Positions 1 to 10,884 of a DNA stretch of 64,000 bases are shown here, one piece after another. Numbering within the stretch: position 1 is the stretch's first letter; every line of letters begins with the position of its first letter. Source of the DNA: Lama guanicoe (Eukaryota); contig MU054323.1 of the NCBI GenBank assembly GCA_013239625.1, positions 5,693,220 through 5,757,219 on the forward strand, written 5' to 3'. The notes under the pieces are model-generated. The model was not told the DNA's origin, ran no database searches, and worked only from the letters and a program-made list of their open reading frames with translations. Made by a program: the position numbers and the translations under genes.

Positions 1-1211
1 ATTTTTAAGGGTCAATTCTATATTCCCAATTTAAAATAGTCAAGTGAATACCACACTCTTGGGATAAAAATGAAGCTAACTCTATTTGACGTGTGCCCCA
101 GATGGAATCAACTCACCCCAGACCAATTCTTCTTAGCCTCTGTTCAGGAAGTTCGAGTCCTATTTCTTTTTCTGTTTTCCTCTCAGGCTTGAGAAGCTGC
201 CCTCCCTACTAGCCGTCACCCATGGGGGTGTGCTCTGTAATCCTATAGAGCATGCTGGAATGCAGTCTGAATACAAGATGCTACAGGTAATAAAGTTTAT
301 CAGAACGGCTTGTCATTATTTTTGCATCATTATACAATTACTGCAGCTTTGGAAGGTAATAAATCACTGTACAGCTGACAAATTGAGAAGCTAGGAAGGA
401 CAGTTATCCTCACAGATAAAGCAACTGCTGCCACTAACGAGATGTGGGGAATTGGTGCTCAACCTTTTAAAAAATGCCCCACGGTCCTGCAAAGCATCAG
501 CGGGAAAGCCATCGACATCTGGAAGCATGCCAAGCCCATTGCCAAGACCGTGAAGGAGCATGATGTTCCAAAATGAGCATCCCAGGCCCAGAGGGAGTGT
601 CATGACACCGATAACCAAATTCCAGGTTGGTTGAGCAAAACTAAATCTCATTGGCTCCACCGCAAGTGCCCAACCGGCCCATTAAAGCTTGCGTCGCCAC
701 ACGCGCGTGTGTCTGTGTATGTGTGTTTTAAGTTGTCTAAGTACTCAAGTGTCTATGCAAAATTTCCTAGTACACTAAGTTTTGTTTTGTCTTTTTTACA
801 CTTAGGTAAGAAAAAACAGCAGAGCATATTTTCTACAGACTATGAAAAATAGATCTCTAGATTAAAATCGAGCAGGCGACATTTGAGTCTAAGAAACAAC
901 ACTCTAGGAGAGAATTATGAAGGATCTGAGGGGTTTGGAAAAAAAGAGAACTGGCTCAATTCCACTCTCATGCTGATGGCTGAGCTGGCTGAGGTACTGC
1001 AGACCCACCAAGCTTATCAATGTTCTCCTAGAGCAGAGGGAACTGCTAAGAAAAAGCCAGAGGGACCCTCTTCCAGAAAGTTCCAGTGAAGCCGTATATT
1101 TGAGACTAACCCACACCACTAAGTAAGAAAACATCTTTGGTTTTGATGAGCAAATCAGATAACTAATGCCTGGAAGTGGGAAAATCCGGGTCAGGGAAGT
1201 ACACTGCAGAG

Positions 1212-1322
1212 AAGTGCTCTTAAAATGTGGCCCCCAGACCAAGGGCATCAGCATCACTTAGGAACTTATTAGAGATACAAATTATTGGGTCCTACCTCAG
1301 ACCTCCTAAATCAGAAACTCTA
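1212..1322 (+). mobile_element. MER5A-like hAT-Charlie MITE, 5' half
   Basis: AGTGCTCTTAAAATGTGGCCCCCAGACC..GCATCAGCATCACTTAGGAACTTATTAGA..CAGACCTCCTAAATCAGAAACTCT follows the recalled MER5A consensus. Confidence 0.8.
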
Positions 1323-3194
1323 AACTACTTACCAGAAACCACTAAATCAGAAAGGACACCCAGGCTCAGCTACTCTTCTGAAGCCCTGGGTCAGCCTATT
1401 ATAACATATTTTCACTTCATGCAGGCTGCCACAGCTGCACGTGCAAGTTGGGCACTGCTCAAATTCTCCATGATCAGGAGAGAACTAGGGGGCTAAAGTA
1501 CAGGCCATGCTCACTCCTGAGTCATGAGTTTAACATGCTACGTATGCTCTGAAAGGGTGCTTCTTTCTAATATATGCAAAGACATCATATAGGCTGGCAG
1601 CTGTGTTACCGTCATCTCTTTATTCAAATAAATCACAACTTCAGGATGAAAAAAGATGAGCAGCAGGTGAAAACAAGAATCTTACCCTTCCAGATAGATG
1701 GATGAGCAGCTTAACCAAAATGGTGACTTCATTCCCCACAGTGATTTGAACTCACAAAAGCCAAGTTCTCATGGCCAGTCTCAGCTGAAACTAAAATGAA
1801 CTGCAAAACGAAACTCCAAAGCTCAAAGCCTGAATGACATTCTCTAACCTGCATCCATCTTATAATCAAGGCTCTCCAAATACTGAAGTAAATTTGGCCC
1901 TGTCGAATCAAGAGAAATTCAGTACTAGAGCCATCCCAGATGACAATGGGGCTATGTGGGGCTCACACAGAGTCCACATAAAGAGGCCCTTCCTCACATG
2001 GAGAAAGGCAACAGGATATATTTTATAAGCCTCAGGTATAAAGCATCAATCTTTTCATCTACACAACTTTCCAAGGTCCCAGCGTCTCCCAGGACAGGCA
2101 AGGTCTTCTTCAAATTAAACCAGATAGATGAATTCACTGGAAAGGGTTCTGATCTTCCCCTGACACCAACCGTTCCAGAAAAGAGGCCACTGGGAGGTGG
2201 CCCAGCTTGTGCCTGCTCACCCCTATTATTCCACAACATCACTGAGAAAAACCCCACCAGATGAGGAAGATTGGAATGGGAAGTTACTTCGCTCCCATTG
2301 TTCACCACATGCAGAAAAATGATGGTTTTGTATATTACATGCTGGGTAATCAATTCTAATCCCCTGGAGATTTCCTGGGTCTGCTAAGCACATTTATTCT
2401 CCTGTTTCTAATCTATTCCTTTGATTTGCACAACTTGAACATACTGTCATCATTTTAAAGGAGGGGAGAGGAGAGGAAATGAGAAAGCAAGGGCAGAGGG
2501 AGCAGGAGAAAGGGAGGGAGAAGAAGCCTGATTTGGTCATTCCCCAGCTAGAAATTCCCCCTTGTCTATAGGACAAACTGCCTATGCCTCCCACTCGAGA
2601 CCTCACCAGCCTAGCCCCGGAACTTGCCTGTACCTGTCTAAGTTGAGTTTTCAAGGTTAAGTGTAATGACAATGATAATATAATAATATCATCAGCAGCA
2701 GAACTGGGTGGTCTAGACCAAGGACTGGAATGTGCCTGACACTCAACTTGAAGGCTCACAATAATCACATGAGGTTAATGGCTATGATTATCACTATTTC
2801 ATTAGCTAATACATGGAAAATCCAGGATTTGGGGCCAGGCTTTCTGACCCCCTCAACTGCATCTTCCTAATCACCATGTTAAATCTTAAACATTTCCTGA
2901 CGTGGAACTCCTGAGATCTTCTGTGCCCTGTGCTCCTTGTGAGAGATCAGATGAAACTACATCTTAGGAATGAAATTTCCTCCTCCACCCATGACTGTTT
3001 ACTCTCTTTTTCCATCCCAAATCGGAGGCGACCTAGTAGGTACAGACACTGGACATAAGCTAATCGAGAGATACCTCTGTACAATTTCTGCTCCCAAGAA
3101 CCCCCTGAAACCTGACACCTAACATAAGATTTCAAAACTAGTTGATATTTTTGAATGAGTACGTTCTCAGATTCATGTTCAATAAATAGTTCCA

Positions 3195-3549
3195 CAATTA
3201 TACGGCAGGCAACATGCTAGATGATTTCTTAAAGTTACCTCACAGGAACTCAAGGAAGTATCTGTACCCTTTTTCAGACAAGAGCACTGGGGTTCAGAAA
3301 GGGAAGTGGCATCCATCTTACCTAGAGGTTGTGATCATCTGTGGGTTCATAACTGGAGGAAGGAAAGAGTTTGTGCAAAGTAGGAGCTACTTAGAGAAGC
3401 CAGACTCTTGGTCAAAGTGAATCTGACTTTGAACCTCCTCCAGGCTCAAATATCCTTACCCCATTACCCAGATTTTTACTTCTCTGCTGAATTTCACTTC
3501 TGCAAATGGAAATAGCTTAAATGGAAATACCTCCAGGAGGTTTATGAGA
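3195..3549. mobile_element. Two degraded MIR SINE fragments (minus, then plus)
   Basis: MIR core-like CCCTTTTTCAGACAAGAGCACTGGGGTTCAGAAAGGGAAGTG, then TCTGCAAATGGAAATA..GGTTTATGAGA. Confidence 0.5.
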
Positions 3550-4067
3550 TGTTCCAGTGATATTGCTGTATAACAAATCCCCCTAAAAAATGTAAAGGCT
3601 TAAAATAACCATTTTATTATTCTCACCATTTCATGGGTCAGAAATTTGGGAAGGGCTTATCTGAGGGGTTCTTACTTGGGGTCTCTCAGTAGGACCAAGT
3701 TTGGGGTTGTAGAGAGATGGCAGTTGGGGCCATGTCATATGAAGGCTCACTGGACTGGACGTCCGAGACGGTCACTCATACAGGGCAGTGGATACTGGCT
3801 GTTGGCTGGAAGCTCAGCTGCGGTGTAGACTGGATACCCCTATATGTGGTCTCTCCAGCATGGTGGCCTCTGGATGATCAGACTTACAAGGGCACCTGGC
3901 TTCCCCTCAACTGAGAGTCTGGAGAGAACTAGGCAGAATCTTCGTGGCCCTTTTAATCTAGCCTTGATGTCCCCCAGAGTCACTTCCACCAAATTCTTTT
4001 AGTTAAACAGCCACATGCCAACCCAGATTCAAGGAGAGGAATTTGCAGCCATTTTTTTAATTCCACA
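3550..4067 (-). mobile_element. MLT1 (ERVL-MaLR) solo LTR, MLT1G/H-like
   Basis: TATTGCTGTATAACAAA..GGCTTAAAATAACCATTTTATTATTCTCA..GGGTCAGAAATTTGGGAAGGGC..CCCAGATTCAAGGAGAGG..GCAGCCATTTTTTTAATTCCACA. Confidence 0.85.
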
Positions 4068-4118
4068 TAAGGCTAGTGACATTCACCCCAGGACAGATCT
4101 AAGCCAGGCTGATTCTTT

Positions 4119-4665
4119 TATGGGAAATTTAGCCTCCAAGGGTGGTCACCATGCATTCCTTCCCTTCCTCCACTGTTACACGTGTGTCACTTTGCTCACT
4201 GAAGGTGGCATCTCATTCCCCTCCCCTTGGATCTGGGCTGGCTTTATCAATACAGCACAAGGGAACGTGATCCTGCAGTAACTGGCCTGGCCTCTCAAAG
4301 GATAGCAGCTTCCAATTCTTCTGGGGGAAGTTGAACACCAAACTACTCTGAGACCACCATGCTGTGAGGAAGCCCAAGCTGGCCTCATGGAGCAGCCACA
4401 TGGAGGAAAACCAGAGAACTCAGCTGGCAGCCAGCAGCACAGCCCCAGACATACGACCCAGCTGAGCTGCCCAGCCAGCCCTTGGCCACCTGAGCCTTTC
4501 CAGTCGAAACCAGACATCATGGATCACACACAAACTGTCAGTGATACGTCCCTCTAAGACCTATCCAAATTCCTGCCCTTCGGAAGTGTGACCAAGTGAA
4601 ATGGCTGTTGTTTTAAGCTACTAAGTTTTAAGACAGTTCACTGAGCATCAATAGGAAATTGAAGA
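4119..4665 (+). mobile_element. MLT1 (ERVL-MaLR) solo LTR, MLT1F/G-like
   Basis: CCCCTTGGATCTGGGCTGG..GAGACCACCATGCTGTGAGGAAGCCCAAGCT..AAATTCCTGCCC..TGTTGTTTTAAGCTACTAAGTTTT. Confidence 0.85.
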
Positions 4666-4896
4666 ACTTTCTAACCAGTCTCCAAGACTAGCCATACTAT
4701 AGTTTTGAAGGGGGGAGAACAGGGAAGCACTGTGTTCAAGGGCTGACTGGCGCTGTGGGATTGTCACACTGGATGAGGTGACAGCTGGGTGAGGTTACAA
4801 GAGGGAATGTGAGCGGAAGCCAAGGACATATCTATACCCTGTTTCAAAGTTTTGCCCAAAAAGAAATCAAGGGAAAGAGGATTCTCTTCCTTCTTT

Positions 4897-5203
4897 TTTT
4901 TTCTTCTTTTTTTTTCTTTTATTTATTTAGTTCATTGAAGTATTGTTGATTTATAATATTGTGTTAGTTTCTGGTGTACAGCAAAGTGACTCAGTAATTT
5001 ATATATATATATATAAATACATTATATATTATTTATATAATTATAAATATATATCTATTATTCTTATTCAGATTCTTTTCCATTATAGGTTATTACAACA
5101 TATTGACTATAGTTCCCTGTGCTGTACAGTAGGACATTGTTGATCATCTATTTTATATATAGTAGTGTGTATCTGTTAATCCCAAGCCCCTAATTTATCC
5201 TCC
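4897..5203 (-). mobile_element. 5'-truncated artiodactyl-type L1 3' end with TSD
   Basis: T-rich tail followed by ATTGAAGTATTGTTGATTTATAATATTGTGTTAGTTTCTGGTGTACAGCAAAGTGACTCAG; TSD CTTCCTTCTTT at 4886-4896 and 5204-5214; minus-strand TT/AAAG endonuclease site. Confidence 0.9.
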
Positions 5204-5294
5204 CTTCCTTCTTTAACTTCTCCTCCCTCACCTCCATTGACTCTCTTCCCATGACATGAGGTCAAAATAATATGTATTAAATTGAATTTTTAAT

Positions 5295-5392
5295 TTGTTT
5301 TATTTTTACATATGAAATATTTCAAACATACAGAAAAGAAAAACAGAAAATAATTTAACAAACGCCCTTGTACTTACCACCTAGCATTTAAA
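5295..5392 (-). mobile_element. Old L1M 3'-end fragment
   Basis: ATGAAATATTTCAAACATACAGAAAAG..CCCTTGTACTTACCACCTAG resembles L1MC/ME termini. Confidence 0.55.
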
Positions 5393-5951
5393 TCAATTTC
5401 TGAGGAGCAGTCAAGAATCTTAATCAGTTTTCATGGAATTGTTATTTATAAGGAAATATGTTTTACGTTCTGAAAAAACAGACTTAGGGATGAGTTCCTG
5501 GGATACCCCTGGAAGTCAGCAGTGGGACTGAGTATCTTCCTCCCAAGGACCTCAGAGTCTGGCAGGCCCTAAAACAATGCTGGTGACTTCCATTTTCCAT
5601 ATCTGTAGAACCCTCTCCCCCATAGCCCCTTCCCACCACCATTCGGGTGCCTAGAGCAGTTACACAGACAAAGGCACCCAGTGGAGAGCTTGCCTGGACT
5701 GCTTCTCACTGAGCCCCCAAGCCTGAACCATTAGCCTCCTGTTGCTACTGTGTTCACCTTACCCATAAAAATGTACCTGTCCCATGTTCCATCCCTCAGA
5801 CAGCTGATAGCCAACCAATCTGATAGCCATCTTGGACTTGTTATGAATGGCTAAGCCATCACTTTCCCAAGGTTAGAGGTTTGCAAGTTACTAGGTACCT
5901 CCTAGAGACAGTGCGGTGCACCTGCAGCAAGAATGGCATTACAAGAGGTGT

Positions 5952-6377
5952 TGCAGGGGGCACTGGGATCTTCCCCTGGCCCCTCCAGATCCACTCTCCA
6001 ATCTGTCTCCCTGGGAGGCTGACCTCCACGGATTACATGAGGGGCTCCCTTGCTTCTGGCTTTCTACTGGGTTTGGTCAATAGTGGAACACCCACAGGAG
6101 ACGAGAAAAGGGAGGAGACTACAAGTTTCAGCCCCAACCAAAGCCTGAACTCCCATTAGACACCTTGTCCACATAGCCCTCCCTTTCTGGGTGGAGGAAC
6201 TGCTCCCTACCCTTGCTTTTTCAGGCCCAGGGGAGGCAAGCAGCCCTGCTGTTCCTGCCCTGGGAATCTGCATTATCCCCTGTGGGTTCCCTTCATTCTG
6301 CCTCCACCTTTGGACAGAATCTATTAAAGCCCCCTCAAATTGCAGCCACCCTCCTCCTGCTGGGAAGTAACAGTACA
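5952..6377 (+). mobile_element. LTR33-like ERVL solo LTR
   Basis: CCTCCAGATCCACTCTCCA..GGGAGGCTGACCTCCACGGATTACAT..GGGCTCCCTTGCTTCTGGCTTTCTACTGGGTTTGGTCAAT. Confidence 0.8.
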
Positions 6378-8239
6378 GAAGGAAAGTAAAACCTCTCGGG
6401 CCCCTCAACTCTTGCCACTTCCCCTCTCCTCTTGCCGCTTCCCCTTTGGTGGACAGATGACCCAGCTGGGAGCCACCAGTGGCAAAGGCAGAGTAGCCCT
6501 GTCCCCTGCCCAATCAGGGAGAGACACTCCAGGGGCCATTTTCAGCTCCTGTGCCCAGAGCCTTCTGCCCTTGTCCATCCCAGGAGTACGCAGTAAGCCT
6601 GGGACTGCTGAAGAGGATGCCTCCATGCTCCTGCTCCCACCGAATGAAGTCACCCCAAATTCTGAGCACTTCTCTTATGCTTTATGCTGCTTCATAAAAG
6701 GAGAGGACATATTATAAGCAAAATAGGCTTTCTAAATATAGTCTATTCAGCCTGGGGAAGGCTAAATTATTCATAACCAGACCAGGATATACAATGCACG
6801 CTAAACACAAATCCATTTTTGATTTTGGTATTTTTTTATGGGGCCTGTGTATTCAGCGCCCCTGCATTGATCTGTAACTGCCCCCCTGATGCCTGCATTT
6901 GCTCAGGATGAAGATCTCAGCATAGGGGCCAATTACCAAGCTGTGAATAACCCCAGCCTCGCCCTCTGCAGGACAGCAGTGACCACAAGGTCATCGATTG
7001 TCCATCCTGTGCCGCGGTCCTGGAGGCACACGCATCCCGTGAAAGGCTCATCAGCTCCCCGCAGAGCCCCAAGGATAAACAAGCCCTAAAAAAAGACATC
7101 ATTGAAGGCAGCATGGCTCAGCATCCATTGCACCATGAAAGGCAAGACGGGACAGTGTGACCGTGACAATTAAAGCCACTGAGTCCTCGATACAATCAAT
7201 GCCCAGGAAACAATGCAAGAGTCCGCCTCCAAAACGGAGGTCTCAGCCTTGGCTTCCGCATTTCAAATCATTTCCAACCCAAGCTCTCTTCTTCAACACA
7301 GAAGCTGCTGATTAGATTTTCTTCTGTGTTATGAGCATCGTTGTTGAAAATACAGATGTCTCTGAGACAGTCTTCTTTTCGCTACTGGTGTTTTCCAAAT
7401 AAGACAAAATAGAACCAGAAAATAAAACACAGATCTCAGCTGTGCTCTTCTTTCTGAGCATCACTCCAGGACCGGAAGACTCAGGCAGCTGACCGTGACC
7501 TAGAGGCTTCGTGAGCACCTCAGGATGTTCCCTGAACAAGTAGGGGAGTAAATGGTGCAGAAGCTATCAGGAGGGGTCCCTGGGCAATAGTCTGCCAAGA
7601 TACCACATTTCTATTCTAACAGAAAAGAGAAATCTGTCATAAATAGATTATCTCTCTACTAGAATGGATACAGATTTTACAAACAGTAGTTAGAAAGGAG
7701 GACAGAATGTGAAGTTCAGATTGAAGTGGACAGTGAGATTGGTAATATATGTCTACTCCCGGGTACTCCACCATTCCCTAAGGCCCTTGGAATGTGGGGT
7801 AAATTCTCCCTGAGATGTGGTCACAGGCTGTATACTTTGAAGCCCATGGCCTTCCAGAACCTGAGGTCAGGGAGATGTCACTGGACAGATCATCTGGACA
7901 AGGGGCAGGGAGCAACAGTGAAACTTGGTGGGCCTCTTCTCTTCCCTGACAATCATCACTGCTACTAACAGCCCCTGAGATGGGCCCAAACTTCAGGGTG
8001 TTTCATCTTGCAAATGACTGCCTGGTTTCCCTTCCCATGTGAGAAAGATGTGCTTTATTGATTGAAGATTCTGGGATGAGGGATTCTAGAGGACTAGGGG
8101 AGCAATCAGCCCTCCAGGAAACTAGTGAACATTTTGTTTCACTGCCTGCATCCTTGGATGAAGAGCTCCTTGAAAATTCAAACCAACAGAACAAGTCTCA
8201 TCCAAAGACAAAATGCTGGGAGGCACTGAAGAATATCGG

Positions 8240-8430
8240 AAAGGGGCTGCACTCAAACCCCAGCTCCCCTGCTCATTATCTGGGGGCCCTAAGCATGTCA
8301 CTCAACCTTTCCACCATTAGACAAGAATCAACATCGATCCCCTCTCTTGCCTGGGATGGTTGTGAAAGAATGTATGAGAAACCATTTTGTAAACAGTAAA
8401 GCACTTACAGCCATAGGTGATAACTATCAT
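8240..8430 (+). mobile_element. MIR SINE
   Basis: TCAAACCCCAGCTCCCCTGCTCATTATCTG..GTCACTCAACCTTTC..GGTTGTGAAAGAATGTATGAGAAACCATTTTGTAAACAGTAAAGCAC. Confidence 0.65.
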
Positions 8431-8491
8431 TTTCATGTTGCAAGCCATCAGTCTTGACACCATGATGGGCCCCTATGATCTTCCCTTAAAC

Positions 8492-8690
8492 CAGCAGTTC
8501 TCAAAGTGCAGCCCCCTCACCAGCATCACCAAGAAACTTGTGATCACATAGGGATTTGATAATGCCAATTGTCAACACCCGGACTCACCAGATCAGAAAT
8601 CCTAATGCAGGGAGCGGAGGAAGGAGGAGAAAGCCATGCTTAACCTGCCCTGCAGGTGATTCTAAAGCGCACTTAACTGTGGAACTACTG
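8492..8690 (+). mobile_element. MER5A-like hAT MITE, both ends present
   Basis: Terminal inverted repeats CAGCAGTTC / GAACTACTG; internal CAGCATCACC..GAAACTTG and CCCTGCAGGTGATTCTAAAGCGCAC. Confidence 0.8.
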
Positions 8691-9697
8691 CTCAAAGGAA
8701 CTTATGACTTGTCTGAAGTAGGTGTGTCTCCATCCCAAGATGACGGCTACTGCCTTGCTTAAGCCCACCAGGCCCTCCTCAGCCTGGGACAGACAAGGGG
8801 ATGAGAGAGATACAGAGAAGAGAAGGGCCCACCCCATGTCCCAGCCATGGGGAAAGTTCAAGTTTAACGGGAGCAAGAACAGCATCCACAGACAATCAGC
8901 AAAGGGCCAGAAACCCCCAGAACGTGTAACTGGTTTGTCTTGCTCAGTGACTGGCACTGCTCAGCAGGTGGGAGGGTCTGGGGAGGAGAGCAATGAGCCT
9001 TCAGGGACTAAGTTGGATGTGAAAAGGCAGAGATGAGGAAGGCAATCCTGTGTGTGGTTGGAGATGGGGAGTCTGATGAGCACCCAAGCAGGAAGCAGGG
9101 TAGCTGGGAGGGGGAAAGAGAGGGACCAGTTCACTGGGTCCAGGTGATTCCCTTAAGAGCCCCTCTGAGCCCAAAGCTGGTTTTCCTCATTCAGTTCAGA
9201 TGCAGATTCTCTTAAATTAGTAAACTGCACAGGCCCTTCCAAGTTACACACTGTGCTTAATCTTCAAGCCTCCCCTAAATCTATCTTTTCCCCCCTGCCA
9301 ACCACATCACGCCTATAAATAGAGAAGCTTCAGGGGAAGGAGTGGCTGAAATTGCATGGTTTATTAGGATGATTATATATTATTTATGTAATAATTACAT
9401 ACGTGATTATACAGCATTATAATCATGCCTATATTCTAGCTTTATTAACCATAAAACATCATTCTTTCTTTTAAGGTTTTTATGGGGGTTTTTTAAAAGA
9501 TTTTAATTATTTGTAATTTTATTCACATGCACCCTGAGGTTTTAGAATGAAGAATGCTGCTCTAAAAATCTAATAGATAAGTAAATATTTGGTATCTATG
9601 ATCATTTCAAGAAATTTAGCCAAATATTAAAAGGTATGGTTGTCCCAATGTGTGATTGACAAGGATGCCACATGGCTTGAAACCACCATGGATAAAA

Positions 9698-9775
9698 TTA
9701 TTCATTTGATCAGCAAAAATGTACTGAAGGTCTACCATATACCAGGCACTGTGCAAGGAACATTTTGGGATATGT
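9698..9775 (-). mobile_element. L2 3'-end fragment
   Basis: TTCATTTGATCAGCAAAAATGTACTGAAGGTCTACCATATACCAGGCACTGTGC. Confidence 0.6.
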
Positions 9776-10884
9776 ATTCTCTGCACCCACAACAGATTGA
9801 GAGGGGTTCTGGGATTCTGTCCATCTCTCTGCAGATTGTATTCTTTCTCCTCGTTCAAAAATAAGGGTGTCATTTGGGGTAGGCTGTGCGAACTTGATCT
9901 CTTTATGAGCTCTACATCAGTAACAGGTGTTCTAACGTAGGTCACTGAACACAACACGTACAAAGAGAAATGAGATAAAAGTTTGCCTCCCCTGACGACT
10001 GGCTGTACAGGGACTGGAGCCCAGCCCGTCAGTTCTGAAATTCGAGGCCAGTGACCCCCCCACACCAGGGACCATCAGTGAAGTTCTCACTGCCTCCTCT
10101 GCAGATTTTTAGCCCTCATACCCTCCTCCCATTTCATGCCCCACAGCCCTGATCTATTAGCCAATCTAAGCTATAATCAGGGCACTGACAGAACAGAAGC
10201 ACCAAAATATGTTTTTGAACAAATGTGATACTTGAAATACTTCAAAAATCACCCAAGTCATCATTCTAGGGGAAACAAGAATTTTCTTGGACCTTCTTAT
10301 ACTTATTTCATGGTTAAGTGTTTATTTTATTTTTAATTATATATCAAGGGTTATTCTATCTATTTAGCTTATAGTTCCCTAAAGGTTGCCTTAGCAGGAG
10401 GAAAGAACACAATAACCTCACACTAAGGTGTTTGTGATTTGCTCTAGCTTAGACCTCTGTCAAGGACAATTCTACTGAAAACACTGCCTATATTGTGGGA
10501 CTTTGGGATATTTGAAGAAGACCCATGTCAAAGCTGGTCTTAATAGGATGGTTGTCAGAATTCCCCTCAAACCATACCTTGGTGGCAACTGCTTGTCTCA
10601 TCCACCCATGAGGCAGGAAGGGTATTTGGGTCAATGATTTTTGTGCTGTGGAAGAAGATTTTTCAAATCCACTCAAGATGGGAGTTACTCTCCTCCCAGC
10701 AGAATCTATGGTTAACTGCACAACTCCAGTTTCTGCTGCAGCAAAACAAGAGATTCAGCAAATTAGAGGATCAAAGATCACTTCTAACTTTTGCAGCAGA
10801 CACTATGGTAGGCATTTTGTTGATCACTTACTGGAAAAAAGGAAACTCTATTTGCACCACCTGAATAGGAGCCAGTGTCACTAG

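Noticed and set aside
442..575. Short 44-codon ORF MWGIGAQPFKKCPTVLQSISGKAIDIWKHAKPIAKTVKEHDVPK
   Set aside because: Looks protein-like, but I recognise no family and ORFs of this length are expected by chance
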